From Stylophora pistillata (Eukaryota): DNA of 64,000 bases. Position numbers and translations under genes: made by a program. Positions 40,209-52,730 of this stretch are shown here, piece after piece. The first letter of the stretch is position 1. Each line of letters begins with the position of its first letter. Below the pieces are notes generated by a model that saw nothing but the letters and a program-made list of their open reading frames with translations, was not told where the DNA came from and made no database searches. The DNA is taken from NCBI RefSeq assembly GCF_002571385.2, contig NW_019217973.1:237131-301130 (forward strand), written 5' to 3'.

Positions 40209-41410
40209 AAGGAAAGACCGCAGATTGCCATATGTTGCTTAGAATGATTAGGTAAATTAAAATGTCTAGCGACTGGTTTCGATGTGTCCTTGTCATTCCT
40301 TTCCACGTCTCGAAGGTGTTCTCGGAATCGGTCACCTAGTCTTCTGCCTGTTTCGCCGATGTATATCTTTTTGCAATAAGTGCAAGTTATGCAATAGATT
40401 ACATTGGCGGAGGTGCACGTGAAGTGATCGGTGATCTTAATGGATCGTTTAGGTCCCGATATTTTATCAGTGTTGTGAATGAAAGGACACGTTTTGCATC
40501 GTGCACGAGCGCATTTAAAAGTGCCTGGTTGGTCATTAGTCTGAAAAGAACTTCTGACCAAAAAATTGCCTATGTTTTTGTCGCGTTTGAATGAAATGAG
40601 CGGAGGCTGCGAAAAGATAGTGCTTGTCTCTGGATCGTTTTGAAGTAATTTAAAGTTTTTAAGAATGATGGATTTAACTGAGTGGTTGTGAGGGTGAAAC
40701 GTGAGAGTGAATGGAATGCGGTCGGAATCTTCCTTATGCGACGTTTGTAGTGCTGAATGTCGATCAATAAGTTGGGCGCGGTGGTAACCCGCTTGAACGA
40801 CAGAAACAGGGTAACCACGTTTATCGAAAAACTGGCACATTGACTCTGATTTGTGGTGGAAATCAGAGTCATCACTACATGAACGACGAAGTCTTAGAAA
40901 CTGAGAAAAAGGAATGGAATTCTTAACGTGAGATGGATGCGAAGACGATTATAACAAGTAATTATGCGAGTCTGTAGGCTTGTAATACACACTAGTGCAG
41001 AAACCGTTACCTTCAATTGAAACTTTGATGTCTAAAAAGGATACAGAATTGTCAGAAATTTCTCAGGTATATTTCAGAGCCGGATGAAAAGAATTGACTG
41101 CGGTGATGAATTTAGTGAGCTCCTCTCTGGTAGAGGAGGTAGCGCCGATACAGTCGTCGATGTAGCGACCGTAGAGTTCAGGTTTGGACCCGTTGTATTG
41201 GCTGAAAAATTGATGTTCGACAAAACCTACAAAAAGATTGGCATAGCTAGGTCTCATTTTGGTGCCCATGGCTACACCACTGGTTTGTTTGAAGAAGTTG
41301 TTTCCGAATGAAAAACAATTGAGTGTGAGCACTAGTTCGGCTAAGCGTAGTAGTGTTTCAGATTTAGGTTCCTTATCAGTACGGTGATCAAAAAAATGTT
41401 TAAGGGCCAA
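40209..41410 (-). mobile_element. Penelope-like retroelement (reverse transcriptase plus GIY-YIG endonuclease), 5'-truncated, 3' end in gap
   Basis: RT motifs GVAMGT..PSYANLF and YGRYIDD. Endonuclease region C-x4-C-x2-C followed by NVIYCITCTYCKKIYIGETGRRLGDRFREH. In-frame stop near 41063. Confidence 0.92.
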
Positions 41411-41699
41411 CGTTGATCATTGACGCCAGCGCAGGGACTGATAACCTTTCAGTGTAGCCTTATGATCATGAATGCAAGTGAAAGTTGCAGATTGCTTAAT
41501 ATTATTAGTACTGAGTAGAAAGATTGTACCATTGCGGTCTTCGTCATTTCCTCGGGAAAATTAAAAATGAGTCCCAATAAATTAGATTTTTGACATATTT
41601 GACTGTCTTGTTAATGCTACTATAGAGACCTGAACTGAAAACCGTGCGAGTGTCTCGTTTAGTCACTCAGATCACGTGACTTACTACATATTTCAATGA

Positions 41700-41783
41700 C
41701 GTCATAGTATCGGTATCGAAGAAAAAAGTAAATATCGTACTCGGTATCGTATCGATTCGAAACAGCCGTAGCGACCCATCCTT
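41700..41783. repeat. Terminal fragment of a DNA-transposon/MITE with GTATCG subterminal repeats
   Basis: GTATCGGTATCG...CGGTATCGTATCGAT...CGACCCATCCTTA; the other end was not found. Confidence 0.35.
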
Positions 41784-42887
41784 AATGTTCATGGCTCAAT
41801 ATTTAATTTCATAGTTCAAGACTCGAGTTATTCGCTTGAAGATCACATACAACTGCGCTAAAACGTGTCGCAAGAAGGGAGTGCATTCGTTAGGTACTCA
41901 AAGGCACTTACCGGCCTTACCTTACCAAACCTGACTAATGTCACTTACAGGTAATTCAAACGGGTTTGTTCTCTTCATAATCAAAATCATTGAATAACTC
42001 TTCTTCATGCCACGCTTTAAAGTAGCATATTATGAAGGGTAGAGAAATTTATCACTCATTTTCAACTTCCGGTGAAGATCAGTGAACGCAAGTTTTGTAC
42101 TAGCATGGGACATTCTTGAACGCCCTTTCAACTCAAGTAACACCCTCAACTCTTCATAAAAGTCACCCCAAGTTGCCCGTCACTTGGATAGGGTATTACA
42201 ATAACTGTTCTGATGTAATCTAAACTTCTTGCATCGTCAACACAATTAGAGATATACCAAAAATTGTTCCCTTTATTAACTATTCCTATTCATATAATTA
42301 AGCTATATACAACATTTTACAAACTATGAATCTGATGAATTGTAGCTTTTTTCGCAAAAAAAAAAAATTTTGTTATCACACACCCCTGCACTGTATGCTA
42401 AATTATAATCAACTGCAAGATCTATGTACACAGGGTGGTACCATCCATGAAAAAATATGAGGAAAACTCTCTCTAAACTTTGGTCAAGGCAAACTGAGTT
42501 AAGGATAAATAACACAAATTATGCTTTCTATGAGAAACATGCATCAAAGTCCCTCAGTGACAGAATCACTCGCATTTGATTCAAATGCCTAATCTCCCCC
42601 CCCCTTAAGTGCAGTGAGGTGGGAAGAATAAACAAAACTAATAATCATTCATGAGAAATTGACTTGGGCATTGAGTACTGAAAGCTGATATTTTTCCTTC
42701 TAGTAAGGAAAAACCAAGTTCATCAACAAGAAAAGCATCTTAACTAGTGAGAATCAATAGTTTTAAAAAGTTAATAGATGTCCAATTAAAAAAGTTTTTC
42801 ATAAGGAAACATCTACCCAGAGGGAGGTTCCCTAAGAGAGCTTTAATCATTTGTTTTTCTAATTTAACTACAAAGCAGCATTGAGAG

Positions 42888-43258
42888 TACCCTGCTGGCA
42901 GAGGCGTTTATTTGTTAACTTCCCCAACGGTCCACCTAAAAATAAAGTCCTCTGCGCTCAGCCTGTTAAATCTTCTTTGAGCATGCGCGGCCTGTTGCTT
43001 AAAAACAAATTAGTTACCGGTAGTACTCGGCTGATTGTGGGCTCACACTTGGTCTTGCAATATAGCTAAATAGGATGCATGCGCATAAAAACGTGTTTAA
43101 AACAGGTTCTGACCAGTTTTGCAAATCAGATTATCCACAAACTTGGATAATTCCCAGGCGCATGCTTGAAGAAGATTTAAGAGGCCGAGCGCAGAGGACT
43201 TTATTTTTACGTGGACCGTAGGGGAAGTTAACAAATAAACGCCTCTGCCAGCAGGGTA
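42888..43258. mobile_element. MITE (371 bp) with about 100-bp TIRs and 9-bp TSD (Mutator/MULE-like)
   Basis: TACCCTGCTGGCAGAGGCGTTTATTTGTTAACTTCCCC... / ...GGGGAAGTTAACAAATAAACGCCTCTGCCAGCAGGGTA, with CATTGAGAG at 42879-42887 and 43259-43267. Confidence 0.9.
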
Positions 43259-43572
43259 CATTGAGAGTAGACAAGCCTAAATCATAAACCAATTTTAACC
43301 CTTCATATTATTCACCAATTGAAAATTTGCTTACACCCATGTCTCTAAACATCTAGATACTCCAAAAAGACACCTTAAGCAAAATCACAGTGGTTGAAAG
43401 CAATCTCTTTGAAATGCTCCTAACATGACAGAGCTTCTTGGTTAATATTTATAAGTCAACTGCTTCTCATTAGTTCCATTTAATTCTGTTATGGATCATC
43501 ATCTCTGGAAGAAAGAGATATAAAGTTGTTTGTTTTACATTCTGCCTTAAAATATCATCAGACAGGATGCTA

Positions 43573-43706
43573 CAACATTATTGGATGCAAGGAAATGTCA
43601 AAACGGTCTCTTTGGACTCTTGCTCCAGAATATGAGATTTTTGCAACATTACTGGATGCCAGGAAATGTCAAAACGGTCTCTTTGGACTCTTGCTCCAGA
43701 ATATGT
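43573..43706. repeat. 71-bp tandem duplication
   Basis: CAACATTA(T/C)TGGATGC(A/C)AGGAAATGTCAAAACGGTCTCTTTGGACTCTTGCTCCAGAATATG at 43573 and 43644. Confidence 0.9.
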
Positions 43707-44008
43707 GATTCCTGCATGACAATTGCGGCATCCTGTTCAACCCCTTCCTATTCCTAATGGAGCAGGGGGGGGAGGGGGAGAATTGTGTATGATGACAGAC
43801 AGCTGGTTACTTTTACTTGCAATTGATAATTTTTAGTATTTGATGTATGTGTCATGTTTAAGTATCTCCCTGATTAAAATAGACAAACATACAAAGAAGG
43901 AAAGGAATGTTGAGAGGAAGTTAAAATTTGCGAGCCATTCTCTTCTTCTGTTCTCAAAAGTGTGTCCTTCACTGTATTACTTATTTTGCAATAGCACTTG
44001 ATCACATC

Positions 44009-44427
44009 AACCGCCTCCTGGTTAGCTCAATTGGTTAGAGCGCCGGATTGTGTTGTGCGGGAGGTCGAGGGTTCGAGCCCCGGCCGGACCAATACTCATG
44101 GTCTTAAAATAACTGAGGAGAATTTGCTACCTTTCTATAACATCAATGAAATGGTTAGATATTCTAGTCTTCTCGGATAAGGACGAATAAATGGAGGTCC
44201 CGTCTCCTGCAGGGTTAGGGGTAGGAGACGTTAATTTCCCACACACGAGATTACTGTGTGATGGATGTCCTCCCCTGGGGTGGGATGTGTGGGGGAAAAG
44301 GTGAGGTCGTTACATGGACTAAAGCGGCTGCCAGAGGCGCCTGATAATGCTGACGTCCGATCTCAACCTTAGTAACACTGTAGACCTTAGCAATTCAGCC
44401 TATGCTGCTATTAAGGTATCGAATCAT

Positions 44428-44481
<54 letters not shown>
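44009..44481 (+). mobile_element. tRNA-derived SINE (family A) with (TTCACT)n tail
   Basis: Intact A box (TGGTTAGCTCAATTGG) and B box (GGTTCGAGCCC), shared core, a distinct 3' region and a hexamer tail. Confidence 0.88.
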
Positions 44482-44482
<1 letters not shown>

Positions 44483-45366
44483 CACTTCACTTTCACTTTC
44501 ACAGCCCGTTTCTCCCTTTGCACGGGCACCCACGAGAACTATTTTCTTTGCGCTTCGTCGCACAAGCACTTCTACATTTACAAAAGNNNNNNNNNNNNNN
44601 NNNNNNNNNNNNNNNNNNNNNNNNNNNNNNNNNNNNNNNNNNNNNNNNNNNNNNNNNNNNNNNNNNNNNNNNNNNNNNNNNNNNNNNNNNNNNNNNNNNN
44701 NNNNNNNNNNNNNNNNNNNNNNNNNNNNNNNNNNNNNNNNNNNNNNNNNNNNNNNNNNNNNNNNNNNNNNNNNNNNNNNNNNNNNNNNNNNNNNNNNNNN
44801 NNNNNNNNNNNNNNNNNNNNNNNNNNNNNNNNNNNNNNNNNNNNNNNNNNNNNNNNNNNNNNNNNNNNNNNNNNNNNNNNNNNNNNNNNNNNNNNNNNNN
44901 NNNNNNNNNNNNNNNNNNNNNNNNNNNNNNNNNNNNNNNNNNNNNNNNNNNNNNNNNNNNNNNNNNNNNNNNNNNNNNNNNNNNNNNNNNNNNNNNNNNN
45001 NNNNNNNNNNNNNNNNNNNNNNNNNNNNNNNNNNNNNNNNNNNNNNNNNNNNNNNNNNNNNNNNNNNNNNNNNNNNNNNNNNNNNNNNNNNNNNNNNNNN
45101 NNNNNNNNNNNNNNNNNNNNNNNNNNNNNNNNNNNNNNNNNNNNNNNNNNNNNNNNNNNNNNNNNNNNNNNNNNNNNNNNNNNNNNNNNNNNNNNNNNNN
45201 NNNNNNNNNNNNNNNNNNNNNNNNNNNNNNNNNNNNNNNNNNNNNNNNNNNNNNNNNNNNNNNNNNNNNNNNNNNNNNNNNNNNNNNNNNNNNNNNNNNN
45301 NNNNNNNNNNNNNNNNNNNNNNNNNNNNNNNNNNNNNNNNNNNNNNNNNNNNNNNNNNNNNNNNNT

Positions 45367-45742
45367 AACCGCCTCCTGGTTAGCTCAATTGGTTAGAGCG
45401 CCGGATTGTGTTGTGCGGGAGGTCGAGGGTTCGAGCCCCGGCCGGACCAATACTCATGGTCTTAAAATAACTGAGGAGAATTTGCTACCTTTCTATAACA
45501 TCAATGAAATGGTTAGATATTCTAGTCTTCTCGGATAAGGACGAATAAATGGAGGTCCCGTCTCCTGCAGGGTTGGGGTAGGAGACGTTAATTTCCCACA
45601 CACGAGATTACTGTATGATGGATGTCCTCCCCGGGGTGGGATGGGTGGGTAAAAAAGGGGTTAGGTGTCAATTGAAACGAAAGTTTTGTTCCTTTTTCCT
45701 GCCATTCCTGTTGCGAAGGAATTAAACTTAAACTTAAACTTA
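45367..45742 (+). mobile_element. tRNA-derived SINE (family A) with (TTAAAC)n tail
   Basis: First 270 bp or so are almost identical to the 44009 copy; the 3' region differs and ends TTAAACTTAAACTTAAACTTAA. Confidence 0.85.
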
Positions 45743-45882
45743 AGGTGTCCATCCTACTGATAACACAAGTGGGAATATACATGTATAGTAGGTGAGGTAG
45801 TATACTCGAACTTTTCCCCTTTCACTTTCTGTAAGTGATGGTAAAAATGAATTTAAAGGTGCAGGCCTACAAAATTAATGTA

Positions 45883-48800
45883 CCTTTCTTTCTCCTCCAT
45901 TTTCTGATCCTCAACTCTTCTTTCTTCCCTGCTTCTTTCACTATCTCTCCAGTGATTACCATAGCTTGCTCTTCTGAATCCAGAATCCTCTCTTGCTGCT
46001 GTGGAATTTTGATTACCGCCTGGTGATGACAAAACATGCACTACAGAGCTGGTGAACTGCTGCTTTGGGTGAACTGAGGGAGCTTCAGAAGCAACAACCT
46101 TGTAATCTGAGGAAACAGAATTAACAACTCCCACATTATGAAGAGGTTTTACAAAATCGTCCTCGTAATTTCTTTGATTCTGGTAATCAACAGCAGAGTC
46201 ACTATCCAGACTTGAGCGTCTTAATCTCTTATCAGAAACTGGACCATTTACAGCCCTCTGCCGAGATGATGTACTTTGATCCAGAGATTGCCTCTGCATA
46301 CCATTGTTTAGTTGTCTCTGGGATGGTTTAGACAGGTGTTCCAAGTTCACATCAAGGCTTGGGATTTTCTGCATTTGAACAGTTACAGGGGACAACCTTG
46401 GAGGAGACTGAGACTTGGTTGAATTTGGTATATCAAGTCCAAGTTTCTTTTGCAGTTCATTGTTTTCTTTTGTGAGCTTCTCCACCTTTTTTTCTAAAGT
46501 CCTCTTCATTCGAGAAAGCTCAAGAGATTTCTCCATAGCCATATCATTAAAAACTGCATTAGACTTCTCCAAATCCTCTTTGGCCTTCTCAGCAAATTCA
46601 GCCTTTTCTTCAGCAAGAAGTCTTGCTTCCTCTGCCTCTCGTAAATTCTGTTGAGTTAATCTTAACTCTTTTCGAATCTCATCAACCATGAATCTTAAGT
46701 TTTGAAGTTCAGACCCTTTACTTGCTTGAGACTGACGTACAGAGTTTAACTCTCCCTCAGAAGATTTCAATCTGGCAGACATTTCTTGTATTTCCTCATG
46801 AAGTTTCAGCTTCTCTTTTTTCTCTTCTTCACAAGATGCAGACAACTCTCTTATCTTTTCATCCAAATTTCTCTTCATAAGTTTCACTTCATCATCTTTG
46901 GATAATAAATCTTTATTAGATCGGGCTTGGTCATTCTTTAGCTTTTCAATGGTGTCCTTGTGTTCTTTGCAGAGTTTTTCAACAGACTGTTTCTCACTTG
47001 AAGTTCTTTGCAGTATTTCATCCTTTTCAGTGTTGTTTTTATTGGCAATTTCCAGCCTCTGCACAAGTTCTTGATGAAGATTTCTAAGATTTGAATGGGC
47101 TCTCTCTAATTCTTCTTTCTCTGTCTGGATTTGTGTTAACTTTTCAATGATCCCTTTGAGTTCAACTAGTTTTGATTCATGTTTTGTCTTTTCTTCATTA
47201 AGCGCTTCCATTTCTTTAACCATTTGACGTTTCTCGTTTGCAGTTTTTGCAACAGTCTCTGACAGACACTCACATTCACTTTTTAAATTATAAATTTCTT
47301 TCTTGAAAGCTTCCACCTCACTACTGTGATCATCATTAGTTTTACTAACTTCACCCTCTTGGACTTTTTTACTTTTCTGCTTTTTCCCTTTTTCACTTGC
47401 ACTTGTTTTCCACTTGTCTTTCTCTTCCCTCTCCTTTTCCAGATCTTCTTTCAGTGATGTTATCTCCTCCTCTGCCTTTTCCAGTGACTCGTGAAGTGTT
47501 GATGTTTCCTTGTTCAGTTTTTCAAGAGCTGACTTTAACTGAAGGACATTTTGAGTTGGTTTAGGTGATACATTTTCTGACATCTTTTCTCTTTGTTCCT
47601 TTAATTGCTGTATTTCTTTTTCAAGTTGGTCAACTTTCTTAGTCAATACACTCTTTTCTTTCTCAAGAAGGGTGCACTTTCTCTCAGCATCTGCTAGATC
47701 TTCTTTTGATTCCTGAAAAAAATAAAACAAATGGTAGACGACGGCAGTCAATTCTCTTTCTCAGTATCAACTTTGGATTTCCTTCTAGTACAAATAAAAA
47801 TAGACTCCACACACAGCACAACCACTGACATCAAAATTTAAATGACATCTTAATGAAAAGAAACTGCATTAGTTATCTCTGTCTATAGTCATAACAATAA
47901 AACTGGAACTCTCAAGTCAAAGGCTTAAAGAAAATTTAATAATTTCAGTCCATATCTGACTTAAACATGCTATAAAATTAAAAGGAATTCTTAGTAAATG
48001 AAAGAGAACACCATTCCCTTATACTTATTGTAGAATACAAACCAGTACAAAGAAATAAAATCAAAAATGTAAAAAATTTACCTTCAGCAATACAACATTT
48101 CCATTTTGATTCCCAGTCTTACTCAACCTCTTTTGCAAACAATCCACCTCTTCCTCAAGCTCTTCTCTGTCTAATTCTAGTTGTTCTTTCAAGGATTTCA
48201 GCTGTTTATTTTCCTTCTTTAAGCTTTCACTAAGCTTTTGCATTTCTGCTTTCTGTGAGTTTGCATTTATCAGTTCTTTAGCAATATTGTCTTCTGATTC
48301 CTCTGCCATTTGAAGAAGTTTTTGTAGGTTTGCATTTTCATCATGTAGCAATTCCAGTTCTCTTGTCAATAAATTTGATGTATTATCTGCCATATTAGTA
48401 TTTTGACCTAAACCTTTTAATTGCTCATTTTCTAAAGTTAATTTCTCAATATCAGCTTTCAAAGCAAGGTTTTGTTGCATCAATTCATGGGAAGAGTTGT
48501 CACTTGCATCACTATTTTCCAAGCCAACGGAATTATCCAAAAGTGTTTTCAAATGATCCACTTGATCACGCAAACCATCACACTCATCCTGCAGAGCATC
48601 TTTCTCAAAAGTCACATCAGAAGAGTTCAGGACATGATTTTTAATTTCTGCTATTGTCTCTTCAATATCCTTTACTAATGAGTTCCTTTCCATTTCAACG
48701 ACAGACCGTTCTTCTTCTAGTTTGCTAGTGTTAGAATAATGGTCCTCTATTTCTGCAAGACTGTTTTCTATCTCTTGAACAAGACGATCTTTCCGTGGAA

Positions 48801-49002
48801 CAACTGGGGTTCCAGATGATTCCACTCCATTACTATTCTCACCAGTGTCATCACTTCTAACAAACAGATCTGTATTCTTCTGATTAACTGTACTACTGGG
48901 TAAACTGGTTTGATGGAAGGCAGAAACAACTCTCTTGGGCTTTGCAACTTTGTCGAGAACTAGAGATTCGCGAGGTAAGCCATTTATCATCTCTTTCGGC
49001 AT
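45883..49002 (-). CDS. Large coiled-coil protein of unknown family (about 930+ aa); main exons 49002-48082 and 47712-45883, probable small 3' exons near 43971-43893 and 43711-43649
   Basis: Two long ORFs (313 and 632 aa), rich in E/K/L heptads, join by an AAG|GTAAAT donor and TTTTCAG|GAA acceptor. Ser/Pro-rich C-terminal region. An acceptor near 49104 implies a non-coding upstream exon. Confidence 0.8.
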
Positions 49003-52000
49003 GCTATTCTAAACAAATGATATTAATAACCAGCTTTTTTAACCAGTCAAGGACTCAGCAAGACACGAAAGACTTGATATGTCTAATTGATGCACTACAA
49101 AGACCTGAAACAAGACAAAGAAGAATTGTCAACAATTTGTGCTCTAATTAAATTTTCACAGCTCAATGCATATCCATGAATACTTTGTTTGTATCATTTA
49201 ATTCATGCACAAGTTAACACTATCATAGTTATTTTAAGAGTGATTAGTGTAAAATAACATTCCCCAGTTTCCTATTGGTATATCAGAGCATAATCAGCCA
49301 AAGGGCATGGAAGAAACATTAAGAAACGTTGCCAAAGGGAAGTTTTTACAAGTCAACCATGATCATTTTTTGAACAAGTTGCCATTGTTTCAATTTTCAG
49401 TTATTATGCGTAATTTGTGAATCATAGATAATCATACACAAAGAGTTGGTCTCTAAGACATGGTCCAGTGCATCAACTATACTTCACTCCTTTAAATCTT
49501 TCTAAAATCGGGTTGAACTTGAGTTAGACGGGAGTGCATACATCTATGACAAATTTGTGACCTACATATTCCATAAAGCTACTAATATTGATTTATGAGA
49601 CTGTGAAAACTTAACTTTAACATAGCTTGTCATTAGTAAGTTCAGGTGTACGCACAGTGATAGTTTCAAAATGGACACAATTCTGTAGCAGTTCTACAAA
49701 CATCATTGATAGAGCTTCTGTACTTAGACATTGGGCAATAATTTAGCTAGGAACATTTGGAGAATTTGACCTCAGCAAAAGAATGATAACACTCTTAGCC
49801 ATAAGGGTCTCTTTTTAGTGTCATAACAAGTAGTCTGTGACAAGACCCCCTTTAAGATTACCTTATTAAATAATTCATGGTTTAAACTGCTTAAGGGCTA
49901 ACTTTGTCTCTAAATAAGATAACTAAATACTTTTTAAGCAAAATTGAATGCCAGAAAAAAATTATACAAAAAATTAATTATGCATTCTGTAACACTAATT
50001 AAAACCTTAATCAGTTTGCAGATTCTAATTCAGACTAATTTTTCACAAAGACCAAATCTAATACACTACAAAATTCCTTACTTTTAAGGCATCAGAGAAA
50101 AAAAAAACAAAATCTCAATTAAGTATTATTATTTTGACTAAAAATATCATTTGTTTAAAAAACATAATTAGTACACACATAGATTAAAAGAAAAGGCTTT
50201 CAGGCCTCAGAAACTATTAACATTATCAGAACTTTTGGTCAACTCCAGTTTATGGAAAAGAACAAGTTGCCTTAGGAAAATTTACAAATTACAACATATA
50301 TAATCCAATTAAATATAAGCCAAACACATTCCTCAACAAGGCCAATCAGAATTTTTTCAAACAGCATACACAATGATTATTCTATGGAAGTGTCAATCAA
50401 AATTAATTAGAACACAATTTTCTTTCCTAGTCACAATAACCCTTTGTGAGTCCCGAGATGTTATTCATTGCCAGAAATATGTTCTGCTACCCTTCTGTTT
50501 ACTTTCGTAAGGATTACATGCAATGAACACTGTGTACAAAAAATACTTTCATTGTGAAAACCAAGAACATATGTCAACAGATATACTGCATTTATGGTAA
50601 GACTCGAGCCTATTCTTCAAACATTTCAAACATGGTCATACATTTTCACTGTCAATAATAAAACATTTCCAAGTCAATAACTAATAAAAACTAGCAGACC
50701 CTGCAATCCTGTGAGAGAGAATTTTTTTTTTCTTTCCTTCAGCAAGACAATAGTCATACCTGTACAATAAATTTTGCTTCACACCTCACCTATAGATGAA
50801 TGATGTTATATTTTCTACCTCTGCCCCTTTTACATTACCTTGTGCTTAATTAATTTGCAAGACAAAACATCTATTCATAGAGGTTTAAGGGTGCTAATGG
50901 CAGCATTTTGCACCTGATGAGACAGCCTAGGGTTGTGAGCTTCAGACATGAGACTTCAGTGATCACAAGGTAAAGCTTGTGATACACAGTACATTAGCAA
51001 ACTCAGGTCAACTATTTGTCATGTGGATAATAATAATTTTACCATTTGATTAAGATCATTGAGCAATTTTTCCAAAATTAATTAAGGAATTACTCATACC
51101 CTATACATGGACATTGTTACAAGATAGATAATCCTGATCAACTATGGAATTTGTCATACAATTTAAATCAACCATTCTCATATGATGTTTACAAACTTTT
51201 AAGACCTTGATAAATTAAACACAGTAATATATTATAAAATCATGACAGCTGGTTTGGAAGAAAATAGGACTTCTGCGAATAGGACTGAATCAAATCAAAG
51301 ATGGTAGTTTGAGGTATTCCGATACTACCATCCTCAAGCATAAAAGCAAATTGTGATTGATTAAAGGGGGCATGAATAAAAAGACACTACTGTGTAAATA
51401 AGTAATATTTAGGAGAGTTCAATTTAGCCACAAGAGGCATTACAGAATAATAGCCTTGCATTCTATCGAATTTCTCGTTGAAGGATGTTACTGATAATTA
51501 ACAAAAGAAAATTGCAAGAGATAAAATACGATGACGTTGCACTTAAAAGGAAAATAACGTAACAAGGACGCATAGTTGGTTTGTGGTCGAAAATTTCAAT
51601 TTCAGCTGGTGATACATTCTCTCCTTAGCAACCTAAAGCCCAACTAATTTTATTTAACTGCCCGTGAGGTATCCGACGTGAACATGCGAGACATTTCGTA
51701 ACCATGCCAGATCCATTCGGCTGGTCTATAATGATACAGAAATCGGCTTAAAATTAAACCAAAGTTCTGAAATCGAACATACTGAAGACGATGCTACGCA
51801 CATTATTAAATTTTCCGATTTTGTCGGGCGTGCTGTTGAAATTTAGACCAAATTTAATGGAAATAAATGCTAAGACGAGCTAATCATAATTAAAATGGCG
51901 GTACAAGATAACTTCACGATCTTTAGTAGAGAAAAAGTTTGGTTTAACTCACGTCATAAAAAGAAAGCGGAAGCCACACTCGCAATTGTGGAACAATACT

Positions 52001-52619
52001 TCATACGAAATTTCCGTAGACGCACGAGTGACCTCAACTTGTCAAAAATGTCACGAACGAACATGTTCGCTGTGTTCAATACGATCACAGACTAAATTTG
52101 CACAATATCCATCCCTTTTTACAGTTCAAACAACAAAACATGCACACGTTAAAATGTGTCACGATCCAAGAATAATCATTATTATGAAAATCCAACAAAA
52201 ACGTTTTTAGTTGCAAACGAAATTTGATCACATCGAGGAACCATAGAGTTTCTACGATGGACAGGGATTCCAGTTAGTCCCAACTACGAATTACTCCAGA
52301 CGATATTCCCAACATATTACTGCCAATAATACGAGAGCGAGTCAGTATTGCTTCAGTACTCGACGCGTTAAGTGAAAATTTACCCAAAACTAGAAAAAGT
52401 TCAGCAAGAGTGCGATCGACCGCTTACTGCGAAGTCTAAATAGGGTACTACTCACCACGGCTGGAAATTTTTGTTTGGTGCCAAATAGTGTATCTGAATG
52501 AATACTGAATGAATTAAACCGACGCTTAAAATCTTTGTTTCTTACTTTTTCACGATATAAACCCTGAAGGCTAAATTCCAGAACACTTATACAACTCATT
52601 TGACGAACTACACAACTCC

Positions 52620-52730
52620 GCTCTCGATACTAATCACCATCCGGAAACTGGCTCTAAAATCTAAACACTGACCTCTCGTCCTATTGGCCAATTTCCGAGC
52701 TAATGAGTTGTCATTGGCTATACGGAAAAT
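52620..52730 (-). promoter_or_regulatory. Probable promoter of the coiled-coil gene (CCAAT boxes, ETS-like CCGGAA, CpG-enriched)
   Basis: ATTGGCCAAT at about 52683, ATTGG at about 52714, CCGGAA at about 52641; CpG-richer region 51500-52700 with a possible minus-strand donor near 52383. Confidence 0.35.

Noticed and set aside
44009-44090. tRNA gene (also at 28750, 29735, 45367, 2400-2478, 21538)
   Set aside because: A/B boxes are followed by a shared core of over 200 bp and simple-repeat tails, with no clean acceptor stem or anticodon arm; these are SINE heads.
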